From NCBI GenBank assembly GCA_963804955.1, contig CAWDSQ010000020.1, positions 1 through 64,000 on the forward strand: DNA of 64,000 bases. Reading direction: 5' to 3'. Below are positions 43,401-55,140 of the stretch, in pieces (positions within the stretch are counted from its first letter, which is position 1; each line of letters begins with the position of its first letter). The translations under genes were made by a program, and so were the position numbers. Below the pieces are notes generated by a model, which did no database searches, was not told the origin of the DNA, and worked only from the letters and a program-made list of their open reading frames with translations. This DNA comes from an uncultured delta proteobacterium. GTDB taxonomy: Bacteria > Desulfobacterota > WTBG01 > CAIYCZ01 > CAIRTM01.

Positions 43401-44614
43401 AAAAAATTCTGGCCATGATTCTCGCGGGCGGCAAGGGCGAAAGGCTCTATCCGCTGACACGCGACCGCGCAAAACCATCGGTGCCTTTTGGCGGCGCCTA
43501 CCGTATCATAGATTTCACCATAAGCAACTGCATCAACTCTGATATCAGAAAAATCTATATAATGACCCAGTATAAGTCCCTGTCCCTTGACCGTCACATA
43601 CAGCGGGCATGGAACGCTCTCAATGGCCGCTTTGGCGAATTCGTTTACATCATTCACGCGCAGCAGCGCGTCAATGAAAACTGGTATAAGGGAACCGCGG
43701 ATGCCATCTACCAGAATTTTTATACCCTGCAGCAGGAAAAGCCCGATCTTGTCATGGTGCTGTCCGGCGACCATATCTACAAAATGGATTATCGCGAAAT
43801 GGTTGAGCAGCATATACGCAAGAAGGCCGACCTGACCATCGCCACCATGGAGATGGACAAGCAGTTTTCCAAAGAATTCGGCGTTGTGCAGACGACCAAA
43901 ACGGGCCAGGTAAAAGGTTTTCAGGAAAAGCCGGTAAAGCCGACAACTGTTCCCGGCAAACCGGATTCAATACTGATCAATATGGGGATTTATATTTTCA
44001 ATACCGATGTGCTGGTCAAGCGCCTGATTGAAAATGCCCGCAAACCTGATTCGCAGCATGACTTCGGAAAAAATGTGATTCCCGCCATGCTGAAAACAGA
44101 CCGCGTGTTTACCTATTCTTTCTGCGACCGCGATACACGGCAGGCCGGCTACTGGCGCGATGTGGGAACTATAGAGGCCTACTATGAAGCGAACATGGAT
44201 TTGCTGGAAGAACGCCCGCAGTCAAATCTTTTCGACAACAGCTGGCCCATCTTCAGCTCGGAGAAGCAGTCGGCACAGGCAAAGGTGTGCGGCTTTGAAC
44301 AGAAGGACGGCCAGCTGTACGGCGTGATGATCAATTCCATCATATCGCGGGGCTGCCTTATTAACCGGGCTCATGTCGAGCATTCAATTCTGTCTCCCAA
44401 TATTCACGTTGGCGAATACTCGGAAATACATGACTCGATACTGCTGGATAATGTGAGAATCGGAAAAAACTGCAGAATCAGGCGCGCCATCATCGATAAG
44501 GGCGTTAAAATCAGCGACGGCACGGAAATCGGCTTTAACCCGAAAAAGGACGCACAGAAGGGCACGATTTCTGATGCAGGCATCGTGGTAATACCAAAAA
44601 ACACCGTATTCTGA
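43397..44614 (+). CDS. glgC: Glucose-1-phosphate adenylyltransferase
   Basis: ILAGGKGERLYPLT..RAKPSVPFGG, GTADAIYQN, GDHIYKMDY, YWRDVGT. Confidence 0.96.
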   Translation: MKKILAMILAGGKGERLYPLTRDRAKPSVPFGGAYRIIDFTISNCINSDIRKIYIMTQYKSLSLDRHIQRAWNALNGRFGEFVYIIHAQQRVNENWYKGTADAIYQNFYTLQQEKPDLVMVLSGDHIYKMDYREMVEQHIRKKADLTIATMEMDKQFSKEFGVVQTTKTGQVKGFQEKPVKPTTVPGKPDSILINMGIYIFNTDVLVKRLIENARKPDSQHDFGKNVIPAMLKTDRVFTYSFCDRDTRQAGYWRDVGTIEAYYEANMDLLEERPQSNLFDNSWPIFSSEKQSAQAKVCGFEQKDGQLYGVMINSIISRGCLINRAHVEHSILSPNIHVGEYSEIHDSILLDNVRIGKNCRIRRAIIDKGVKISDGTEIGFNPKKDAQKGTISDAGIVVIPKNTVF

Positions 44615-44702
44615 TGAGACGCCCCCTGGGGAGCAATTGTTCCTGCTTGTACCACGCACAGGCTGCGGTATTCAATTCCACCGCAGCCGCACTCATTCCG
44701 CC

Positions 44703-45458
44703 CTATGCATCTTTTTTATCAGCCAGCTGCAGAAACGGTTTTATAAGCTCCATGGGCAGGGGGAAAATGGTGGTCGAGTTGTTTTCCGTAGCAACCTCCG
44801 TCAGGGTCTGAAGGTATCTGAGCTGGAGAGCCACAGGGTTTGACATGACCACAGCGGCCTCAGCAAGTTTTACCGCAGCCTGGGCTTCGCCTTCGGCATG
44901 AATGACCTTGGCCCGGCGCTCGCGCTCGGCCTCGGCCTGCTTAGCCATGGCTCGCTTCATCTCATCGGGCAGATCTATATGCTTGATTTCCACATTGGTG
45001 ACCTTGATGCCCCAGGGATCGGTCCTCCGGTCAAGTATTTCCTGCAGCTTCATATTGAGCTTTTCCCGTTCAGACAGCAGATCATCAAGCTCAGCCTCTC
45101 CACAGACGCTGCGAAGCGTTGTTTGCGCAAGCTGTGATGTTGCATACAGAAAGTTTTCAACTTCCACAATAGCCTTCTCCGGAATCACCACTCTGAAATA
45201 CACAACGGCGTTTACTTTCACCGAGACATTGTCTTTCGTAATGATATCCTGAGGGGGCACATCAAGGGTGACGAGCCGAAGGCTCACTTTCTGCATCTTG
45301 TCGACAACCGGAATAAGAATTATCAGTCCGGGACCCTTGCTTCCTATGAGGCGGCCAAGGCGGAAAATAACGCCCCGCTCATATTCATTGAGAATTTTTA
45401 TGGCGCTTGCCAGAAACATAACCACCAGCACGATGATAAAAAAAGTCATATTGAACAT
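44703..45458 (-). CDS. Stomatin/SPFH (slipin) protein
   Basis: [38 protein letters not shown]. Confidence 0.95.
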   Translation of the reverse strand: MFNMTFFIIVLVVMFLASAIKILNEYERGVIFRLGRLIGSKGPGLIILIPVVDKMQKVSLRLVTLDVPPQDIITKDNVSVKVNAVVYFRVVIPEKAIVEVENFLYATSQLAQTTLRSVCGEAELDDLLSEREKLNMKLQEILDRRTDPWGIKVTNVEIKHIDLPDEMKRAMAKQAEAERERRAKVIHAEGEAQAAVKLAEAAVVMSNPVALQLRYLQTLTEVATENNSTTIFPLPMELIKPFLQLADKKDA

Positions 45459-45473
45459 GATGCCTCCTTTTGC

Positions 45474-46787
45474 TTATTCAGGGTTTATGTGTTCAGGCAG
45501 CGGCATAACGGTCAGATTCATGCCGTCCACCCGTGTGATTATTGCCTGTTCTCCCTTTCTGAGCGGCATAGTGCTTTGCGCGTTCCAGTACTCACCATGC
45601 ACGAAAACCTTGCCCTGCGGGTTGATTGCGACCATGACTTCGCAGGGTGTGCCGATAAGGCCCTGAAGACCGGTCTGCGTCTTGCGGCGCTGTGCTTTAA
45701 CCACAAGTCCGACAACTATGACAAAAAAAGCCCATATGAGCAGAGACGAGGAAATGATGACGCTCCATGAAATGCGCAGATAGGGCACGGATGAGTCAAA
45801 CAGCATGAGAGAGCCGAGCACCACGGCGATTATCCCGCCTATGGACAGCAGGCCGTAGCTCGTCACCTTGATCTCGGCTATGAAGAGAATGACGCCCAGT
45901 AGTATGAGCAGAAGCCCCGCATAATTAGCCGACAGTGTCTGCAATGAATAAAAGGCAAGCAGAAGAGAGATACCGCCAAGCGCGCCGGGCAGTATGGCCC
46001 CGGGGGTTGACAGTTCAAAATAAAGGCCTGCAAGGCCGATGAGCAGCAGGATATACGCAATAGTCGGATCGGCAAGGGATTTCAGAACAATTTCACGAAT
46101 GCCCATTGCCCGTTCAGTCAGCTGCGCATTTTTTGTTTTAAGCCTGCGCGGGCCTGCCGGCGTTTCAACCTCGCGTCCGTCGATGGCGGCAACCAGAGCC
46201 CGCGTGTCGGTTGCAATAAGATCGATGACATGCTCTTTGAGAGCGTCCGTTTCACTGGCGGACAGGCTTTCGCGGACGGCTTTGACTGCCCATTGCTTAT
46301 TGCGCTTGCGTTTTTCAGCAATGCTTTCAGCATACGCCGCCGAGTCATTTTCTGCCTTTGAAGACATTTCCTTATTCTGCTCACCAAAGCCGATACTGAC
46401 CGGATGTGCTGCGCCGATATTTGTGCCGGGCGACATGGCTGCCACATGAGCTGCAAGGGTTATTATGGCTCCGGCCGACGCTGCCCGAGCCCCTGATGGG
46501 GTAACGTAGACAATGACCGGCACTTCCGATGAGAGTATTTTTTTTATTATGTCCCGCATGGCAAGATCAAGACCGCCGGGCGTATCAAGCTGCACTACCA
46601 GGCATTCCGCCCGCGACTTTTCGGCAGCTGTTATTTCACGAATAATATACTCTGATATGACCGGCGTAATAGGATCGTTGATGGTAAGCACAACGATTTC
46701 AGAGCAGTATGCCGGTGCCGGGCGCCCGGCGAACAAGGCGCATACAATCAGCAGCCAGAGCAAAAGGGGTGAATAGTGGCGGGCCAT
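45474..46787 (-). CDS. nfeD: NfeD membrane-bound serine protease (long form)
   Basis: DTPGG, AASAG, NIGAAHP, C-terminal OB fold (GKVFVHGEYW); paired with stomatin. Confidence 0.93.
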   Translation of the reverse strand: MARHYSPLLLWLLIVCALFAGRPAPAYCSEIVVLTINDPITPVISEYIIREITAAEKSRAECLVVQLDTPGGLDLAMRDIIKKILSSEVPVIVYVTPSGARAASAGAIITLAAHVAAMSPGTNIGAAHPVSIGFGEQNKEMSSKAENDSAAYAESIAEKRKRNKQWAVKAVRESLSASETDALKEHVIDLIATDTRALVAAIDGREVETPAGPRRLKTKNAQLTERAMGIREIVLKSLADPTIAYILLLIGLAGLYFELSTPGAILPGALGGISLLLAFYSLQTLSANYAGLLLILLGVILFIAEIKVTSYGLLSIGGIIAVVLGSLMLFDSSVPYLRISWSVIISSSLLIWAFFVIVVGLVVKAQRRKTQTGLQGLIGTPCEVMVAINPQGKVFVHGEYWNAQSTMPLRKGEQAIITRVDGMNLTVMPLPEHINPE

Positions 46788-46977
46788 AGCAACTCCTTGT
46801 ACAAAACTAATTTCATTTGAAACTGATTACCATCAGGACAAGCCACAGTACAAGTAAAATCGCACCTGTCTGCACGAGACTTTCTCTGCCGGCATCCGGA
46901 AAAAACATGCTAAAAATCGCTTGACTTATGAGCGCAACTGCCTTAAGTATAAGAACTCTTTTGCAGCCAATACCGGT

Positions 46978-47053
<76 letters not shown>

Positions 47054-47169
47054 TTTTTTTGTCTTCAAATAATCCGGCCAGATATCCAAAATACCCCTCC
47101 TGTAAGTATAGCGGTTTTTTTTTGGAAACAAGGCAGGAAAAACGTAATAAATCAGGAAAGATGCGTCAT

Positions 47170-48472
47170 ATGTCAAATGTTGTCATCATTGGGACCCAGT
47201 GGGGTGATGAGGGCAAAGGCAAGATCGTTGATCTGCTGACCGAGCATGCCGACGTCATCGTTCGCTTTCAGGGCGGCCCGAATGCCGGCCACACCGTCGT
47301 TGTGGGCGATAAAAAGACCATCCTGCATCAGGTACCCTCAGGAATACTTCATCAGGGCAAGCAGTGCGTGATCGGCAACGGCGTTGTTCTGGACGCCGAA
47401 TCACTCATCAAAGAGATTGATGAAGTGAAAGCACAGGGGTATTTTTCGGATGATTCCGTGCTGCATATCAGCGAAAACGCTCATCTGATAATGCCCTATC
47501 ACAAGCTTATCGATGTTGCCCGCGAGAAGATGAAAGGCGAGGGCAAAATCGGCACTACCGGACGCGGCATAGGCCCTGCCTATGAAGATAAGGTCGGCCG
47601 CAACGGCATACGGCTTGCCGATATTTTCAATGATGAGGTCTTTCTTGCCAAGCTCAATCAGAACCTTAAAGAGAAAAATTTTTATCTGAAAAATTATCTG
47701 GGCGAGGCTGAGATAAGCTGCGATGCTATTTTCCCTGTTTTTACAGCCTTTCGCAAACGGCTCAGCAGCTATGTCGGCAATGCAGCTCTTTTTCTGCATG
47801 ATGCGCTGGCTGCCCGCAAAAAGGTTCTTTTTGAAGGGGCTCAGGGCGCCATGCTCGACGTCGATCACGGCACCTATCCTTTTGTTACTTCATCAAATAC
47901 GGCTTCTGCAAATGCCGCCATCGGCAGCGGGGTAGGGCCCCGTCATCTTGATGTAATTGTGGGTATTGTCAAAGCCTATACCACGCGCGTCGGTGAAGGC
48001 CCGTTTCCAACCGAACAGGAGAACGACCTTGGCGAGAAGCTTCGCGACAAAGGAGATGAATACGGTGCAACGACAGGCCGGCCGCGGCGCTGCGGCTGGC
48101 TTGATCTTGCAGTGGTTCAGCATGCCATTCGCATGAACAGCATCACGCCATCTGCTGATTACCAAGCTTGATGTTCTCAGCGGCCTGAAAACGATCAAAG
48201 TCTGCACCGGCTATACCTGTGATGGCAGAACTATCGCCGGTTTTCCGTCTGATCTTGCCGTGCTTGAAAAATGCACACCGGTCTATGATGAACTTGAAGG
48301 CTGGGAGGATGATTTGACCGGTGTTACCCGCTATGAGCAGCTTCCCGAGGCTGCAAAACGGTATATAAGCTATATCGAGCAGAAGACTGAAACTCCCATA
48401 AGCATGGTATCCGTGGGGTACAGGCGTGATCAGATCATTACACTGATCGACCCGTTTTCTGTCACCAATTGA
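47170..48472 (+). CDS. purA: Adenylosuccinate synthetase (frameshift near 48150)
   Basis: QWGDEGKGK, GTTGRGIGPAY, EGAQG, GATTGRPRRCGW; the C-terminus is in ORF 48260. Confidence 0.95.
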
Positions 48473-48530
48473 TTTTACAATTGTAAATCAAGACCATTTT
48501 TTGTTATAAGAATAAATTACAAGATTATAT

Positions 48531-48606
48531 GAGTCGCTAGCTCAGTTGGTAGAGCACCGGACTTTTAATCCGTAGGTCCCGGGTCCGAGTCCCGGGCGAC
48601 TCACCA
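48531..48606 (+). tRNA. tRNA-Lys(TTT)
   Basis: GAGTCGC...CTTTTAA anticodon loop...GCGACTCACCA, 76 nt. Confidence 0.93.
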
Positions 48607-48613
48607 TATACAT

Positions 48614-48650
48614 GAAGCACTTAGCCGATACCAGGTTAAGTGCTTTTTTT
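48614..48650 (+). terminator. Intrinsic terminator after tRNA-Lys
   Basis: AAGCACTTA...TAAGTGCTT followed by a T-run. Confidence 0.7.
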
Positions 48651-49073
48651 GTGGCCGCCATGAGATGCTCAAAACTAAAAACGGCTGCTTGCCCACAGGT
48701 ATACATCCATTGATTGTAAAGCAAATTCAGCCTTTGGGCAGTTTGCACATTGGTTATAACAGCCTACCGCTTAAACTTTTCAATTCCTTACAGACACCGT
48801 CAGCGTATCAAATACCAGTTTGATGCTTTTTGTACCGGTGCCGCATACAGGTATATGGAGCGTATTATATTTTTTACTCAATTCCATGCTTGTATATGTT
48901 TCTTGAGCACCACATAAAGAACCGGCAATTATATTTTTTTAAATTTTGAAAATTATTCTTGTCAAACTCCAAAATAGGATTAAAATACGAAGATTTTGTG
49001 ATATCTGCCTGCGAATGTAACATCAGGCTGAATAGGAATTGTAACCCTTAAAGCTTCATCTGGAGAGAAGAGA

Positions 49074-51709
49074 ATGAAGATTCGTTCCGTGCGGGCTTTG
49101 CGTGGGCCTAATATATGGGCAAATTTTACTGTTCTTGAAGTTCTTGTTGACCTTGAGGAATTCAAGGACAGTCCGTCCAGTATGATTCCCGGATTCAATC
49201 AAAGAGTCATGGAAGGCCTCCCCTCGCTTATCGAGCACCGTTGCGGCCGTGGTGTGCGCGGCGGATTTTTTCAGCGCCTTGAAGAGGGAACCTATCTCGG
49301 CCATGTGCTTGAGCATGTAACCCTTGAGCTGCAGACTCTTGCGGGAACCGATGTCGGATACGGCAAAGCACGCGAAACTGATGAGGGTGGCGTCTACAAA
49401 GTTGCCATTGAGTATGAAAATGAACGCCTGGCACGTGAGTGCCTTGCCGTTGCCTGGGATTTTTGTCTGTCTGCTGTTCACAATACGCAGTTTGATTGTG
49501 CGGGTCACATAGCCCGTCTCAAAGATCTTGCCGGCGATGTCTGTCTTGGCCCCAGCACCAGGGCAATTGTCGATGCCGCGCGCGAGAGGGGCATTCCTGT
49601 CCGGCGCCTCAATGACGCAAGCCTCGTGCAGTTCGGCTTTGGCGCAAAGCAGCGCCGCATCATGGCCGCAGAAACAGACCGCACGGGAGCTATAGCAGAA
49701 GAAATAGCCCAGGATAAAGAGCTGACAAAAATGATACTCAAGTCAGCCGGTGTGCCGGTACCCTACGGCAGCATTGTTCACAGCCGGGATGATGCATGGG
49801 CTGAGGCGCAGGACATAGGCTTTCCGGTGACTGTCAAGCCGGCTGACGGCAATCAGGGCAGGGGTGTTGCTGTAAATTTAAGCACGCGAAGAACAGGTTA
49901 AAGCTGCCTATGATGCAGCTTCGAAAGAAAGCAGGGACGTGCTGGTGGAAGAGAATGTGCGGGGCAGGGATTTTCGTTTCCTTGTGGTTGGCAGCCATCT
50001 TGTTGCAGCAGCATGCCGCATACCGGCCCAGGTTGCAGGCGACGGCATTCATACGGTTGCTGAACTGGTTGCGCAGGAAAACACCAATCCACGCCGCGGT
50101 GACCACCATGCCCTTACCCTCAGCAAAATACCCCTTGATACGGTCTCCCTTGCCGTTCTCAAAGCCCAGGGCCTCACGCCCGACTCAGTGCCGCCTGAAG
50201 GGGCAAGCGTGCTTATCCGCCGAAACGCGAATCTGAGCACAGGCGGAACAGCCATTGATGTTACCGATTCCGTCCACCCTCTGAATGCCTCCTTTGCCGT
50301 CGGCGCAGCCAAGTGTGTGGGGCTTGATATTGCGGGTGTTGATATTGTTGCTGAGGATATAAGCATCCCCCTTGATGAGCAGGGAGGCAAAGTGATCGAA
50401 GTAAACGCAGCACCCGGGCTGCGCATGCATATAGCGCCGTCTGAAGGTCAGAGCCAGCCTGTGGGAAAAGCGATAGTTGATATGCTTTTTCCTGAGGGAG
50501 AAACAGGCCGCATACCGCTTGTGGCCGTAACCGGTGTCAACGGCAAAACCACAACGACCCGATTTATAGCCCATATTTTGAAAAGCGCGGGCTTTCAGGC
50601 CGGCATGGTCTGCAGCGACGGCATTTATGTTGATGGCAGGCGCATCGAAAAAGGGGATTGCAGCGGCCCTCAGAGCGCCAAAAGCCTGCTTCTGAACCCC
50701 TTTATTGATGCAGCAGTGCTGGAAACCGCGCGGGGCGGCATTATCCGTGAAGGTCTCGGCTTTGACAGGTGCGATGTCGCCGTTGTCACTAATATCGAAG
50801 GCGGCGATCATCTGGATCAGAATGATATCAATACCCTTGACAAGCTGGCGGTGGTGAAGCGCACTGTTGTTGAATCTGTTTCAAAGCACGGCACAGCCGT
50901 TCTCAACGCGCAGGATCCCCTTGTCGCTGATATGGCGGAGCATTGCCGGGGGTCGGTCTGTTTCTTTGCCTTAAACGGCGACAACCCTGTTGTCAGAAGA
51001 GCACTGCGCCAAAGGCGGCAGGGCACTGTTTGTCCGCGATCACATGATCATCCTTGCCGATGGGGCACAGGAGGTTCACTTTGCCATGCTTGACATGATA
51101 CCTTTGACCCACCGGGGCACGATACGGTTTCAGGTTGAGAACGTGCTTGCGTCAATCGGCGCCGCCTGGGCCCTCGGGCTGCCGTTTGAGAAAATACTGA
51201 CGGCAGCCGAAACATTTATTGCCAATTTCATCAATCTTCCGGGCAGGTTCAATGTCGTAAGCAGAAACGGCTCAACCATCATCGTCGATTACGGCCATAA
51301 TCCTTCATCCCTTGAAGCAATTATCGCGGCACTGGACAATTACGACCATAAGCGGCGCGTGGCCATCTATTCTACAGCCGGAGACCGCCGCGACTGCGAT
51401 ATCATCCTGCAGGGAAAGCTGCTGGGCGAGGCCTTTGACTCTGTTATCCTGTATGAGGACCATTATTTGCGGGGGCGGCAGAAAGGTGACATCATACGGC
51501 TGTTCAGGCAGGGTCTTGCGGGGTCACCCCGGACCAAGGAAGTCAGTGAAATATTCGGTTCGCTTAATGCCATCGATGCCGCCATGAGCACTCTTGCCAC
51601 AGGAAGCCTGCTGCTCATACAGGCCGATGAAGTTGATGAAACAGTCGATTATATGCGCAAGTACTTTCCTTTTGAAATACCGCTGCCGGCAGCAGCGGCA
51701 CATGCCTGA
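49074..51709 (+). CDS. cphA: Cyanophycin synthetase (frameshifts near 49890 and 50995)
   Basis: N domain LRGPNIW...GHVLEH, ATP-grasp KPADGNQGRGV/EVNAAPGLRMH, Mur-like VTGVNGKTTT, ETARGG, DYGHNP, GDRRD. Confidence 0.93.
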
Positions 51710-54043
51710 TGCTCCTGCGCCCGGCTGACAGAAACTTTAACGACACGAGTGGCTCCTTGCTTGAACATAGCCCTACAGCATATGCCGGCAGTGAAGAAGT
51801 GCAGCAGGCGTACTTCGCCCATGATCTTGACGGCAACCTTTGTTACCGCCCGTTCGCCCTTGTTCTTACCAACCGCCGGCTGCTGCACAAAGAGCTGCCT
51901 GCGGGGAGCCTGTCCGGGCAAACTGCGCAGAGCCCGGCTCAGCCCGAAGGCGTTCCGGATGAAGTTTTCGAACTGAGCCCTGATCTCACCGCAACGGCCC
52001 AGGCCTATACCGGAGTCGGGGAAATTGAGCTCAGATGCCCTCAGCGCCTGCTCGCACGCTGGCATTATACCGTCGGCAAACATGCCGATGCCTGCGCATT
52101 CGTCAAAACAGTAAACTCCCTGGCTGCCAAACCAGCTGCCGATCAGCCGGATCGCGAGCCTGCTGCCGGCCTGCAGGAGCCTGCCTCCGATGCGGCACCT
52201 GAGGCGCCTGCCGAAATCACCTCAACATCAACGATGCGGTATCTGGGCCGGATTGTGAGTTTTGCCCGGCCCTGGGCCGGATTTTTCCTGCTGAGTTTCC
52301 TGCTGAGTGTCGCCTGCACCGGAGCGGGCCTTATACCGCCCTATATTACCATGCCCCTGATCGACAAGGTTCTCATCCCCTTTCAGAACGGCAAGCCCAT
52401 TGATGAGGGCCGTGTTGTTTTATTGCTGGCCGGTCTCGGGGGAGCGGCTTTTTTTGCATGGCTGCTTGGCTGGGCGCGTACTTTTGTGCTGGCGCGGGTG
52501 AGCGAGCGTGTCAGCGCTCAATTGCGCAATACCATTTATACGCATTTGCACAGGCTGTCGCTTGACTTTTTTAGCGAAAAGCGAACCGGTGATTTGATTT
52601 CCCGCGTCAGCACGGACACGGACCGGATTTGTTTTTTTCTGTCGGTCTACGTGCTTGATCTGGCAGCCGATATACTCATGATCATTATGACCGCCGGCAT
52701 ACTTTTGTATATAAATCCCCTGCTTGCCATTGTTACCCTCTGCCCGTTTCCGTTTATTGCCTGGCTTACCCACCGGGTGCGTAAAACCCTGCGGCGCGGG
52801 TTTTCCAAAGGAAGCCGCGCCTGGGCTGACATGACCAGCGTTCTTGCCGACGCCATACCCGGCGTCAGGGTGGTCAAGGCATTTGCTCAGGAGGATCGGG
52901 AAACCGAGCGGTTCAAGGAAGCAAACCGGCTCGTCCTGCGGGCCAATGACCGCGTCAACCGGGTCTGGTCTTTTTTCGGCCCCATGGTCACGCTCCTGAC
53001 TGATTTGGGCGTGCTGATCATCTGGGGATTTGCCGTGTGGATGATATTTAAAAATCAGATCACGGTCGGCGTACTGACGGCCTTTGTTGCCTATATCAGC
53101 AAATTTTACGCCCGCCTTGAGTCCATGATTCGCATGGTGTCTGCCTTCCAGCGCACCGCGGCAAGCGCCAAGCGCATTTTTGACGTTATCGACATCGAGC
53201 CCCGTATTGTTGAGGTTGCCAACCCCGTCATTCCGGGCAAGGTGCAGGGGAAAATAGAATTTAAAAATGTCGGTTTTTCCTATGGCAAGCGGGATGTGCT
53301 GAAAAATGTCAACCTGACCATTAATGCCCGGTGAGATGATCGGCTTTGTGGGGCCGAGCGGATCAGGTAAAACCACGCTCGTCAACCTGGTGTGCCGTTT
53401 TTATGACGTGTGCGAGGGCGCGGTCATTGTCGATGATACCGATATTCGTGATATGTCCATTGCCGGGTACCGCAAAAATATCGGCATCGTGCTGCAGGAC
53501 CCGTTCCTTTTTTACGGCACCATCGCTGAGAACATTGCCTATGGCAAGCCTGATGCCTCCCGCGCCGAAATCATAGAGGCAGCGCGTGCGGCATGCGCCC
53601 ATGATTTCATTATACGCCTGCCCGACGCCTATGACACGCTGGTCGGCGAGCGCGGACAGCTTCTTTCAGGCGGCGAGAGGCAGCGCATCAGCATAGCCCG
53701 GGCCATTCTCATTAACCCGTCGATTTTGATACTCGACGAGGCCACCTCATCGGTCGACGTGGAAACGGAAAAGGAAATTCAGCAGGCCCTTGAAAATTTA
53801 ATCGAAGGCCGAACAACGCTTGCCGTTGCCCACCGCCTCAGCACCCTGAAGCGCGCCGACCGGATTGTGGTGCTTGAGGAAGGCACAATAACCGGTGTCG
53901 GCGGGCACACGGAGCTTCTGAGCACGAGCCTGACCTATGCCCGGTTTCACCGGACAAATGCCGAGATGTATCTGTCAGCCGTTCATCAGCTCAAGGCCGG
54001 AGATGAAAAAAACGGGCTCGAGGAGGAAGAGCAGTATGCGTAG
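51709..54043 (+). CDS. ABC exporter (fused TMD-NBD) with N-terminal PH-like extension, cyanophycin-associated type (frameshift near 53325)
   Basis: LVLTNRRL N-terminus, six TM segments, GPSGSGKT, LSGGERQR, LDEATSS; start overlaps the cphA stop. Confidence 0.9.
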
Positions 54044-54512
54044 TTCAGCTAAAACCATTATTGCAGGTTTTCGCAATAGCCAGGGCATGCTGGTTCTCAC
54101 CGACGATGAGGGCACCCAGTACACGGATGTGCTGCCGGTGCGCATGTTTCCCATTACGGACCCCGACGGGTGGCTGTCTATCTGCGACAGGCAGGCAAAA
54201 GAGCTTTTCTGCATCGAGAACATCGAAACCATACCCCCTGAACTAAGGCGCATGCTCCAGGAGGAGCAGAACCGCTGCATGTTTACGCCTCTTATCACGC
54301 ATATCAAACGGTCAATGCCCTTTGGCGATCATGTTCGTCTTTTCATAAAGACCGACCGGGGCGAGACGGATATTACCGTTGATACGGAGGATATTTACCG
54401 CCTGTCCGGCAACCGGATACTCATGAAGGATGTCAACGGCATCAGGTATCTTATCCCCGACTGGCAAAAGATGAGCACCCACAGCCGCCGCATACTGGAT
54501 ATGTATTTATAA
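54036..54512 (+). CDS. DUF1854-family protein
   Basis: VLPVRMFPITDP..WLSI, FTPLITHI, TDRGET, DVNGIRYLIPD, SRRILD; overlaps the ABC stop. Confidence 0.82.
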   Translation: MRSSAKTIIAGFRNSQGMLVLTDDEGTQYTDVLPVRMFPITDPDGWLSICDRQAKELFCIENIETIPPELRRMLQEEQNRCMFTPLITHIKRSMPFGDHVRLFIKTDRGETDITVDTEDIYRLSGNRILMKDVNGIRYLIPDWQKMSTHSRRILDMYL

Positions 54513-54740
54513 AACGAATTCCTGCCTTATTTCCCCGTGCTCAGCTTCACGTGGTTTGTGTATTTCCCCTCAAACAGTTTCTCCTGTCCGCCTTTTGATC
54601 GAGATAATAAACTGTCCATACAGGATACAGAAAAAATAGCTCTTACCTCCTTTGTATACTTCTTAAAATTCCAGCAATCAAATCTGTATTTTAGAGAACC
54701 AAATACGTTCTAATTTAAAAAAAATCATTTTTTTTTGATA

Positions 54741-54792
54741 AATACTGGCAATAAACCAGTATTAAATCTGAAAAATTGAGTATTTGTACTCA
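54741..54792. promoter_or_regulatory. Two adjacent palindromes (putative regulator sites)
   Basis: AATACTGG-N7-CCAGTATT and TGAGTA-N4-TACTCA in the AT-rich region upstream of the giant gene. Confidence 0.4.
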
Positions 54793-55140
54793 TAGCTTTT
54801 CCATTTTTTCTATGATAGCTAATTTTAAGCTAGATGGTTAAGTTCACGTTAGCTAACTTTTTACAGACGTTTATTTTTATTTTCGGATAGAACTTTTAAG
54901 GGGCAGGAGGGGAGGGGAAACAACATGCCGAAACACCAGTCCATTTACCATCTATCTTCTCATTTGATTCAAGATAAGCGTAATCCGTTGTTCCGTCTGT
55001 TCATTATGCAGAGCTAAATAGCATGATGTGGAAACGACGAAAGTTTTAAAGTTTTTTCTGCATAGCTAATGGCATGCTGTCATGTTTCGGCTGTTTCAAA
55101 ATTAACTGATGATAGGTGGAAATTTTTTAAGGTGCAATCC

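Noticed and set aside
52420..53385. 321-aa antisense ORF
   Set aside because: Shadow of the ABC transporter gene.
54900..55140. c-di-GMP or other riboswitch ahead of the giant gene
   Set aside because: The conserved aptamer motifs could not be matched by eye.
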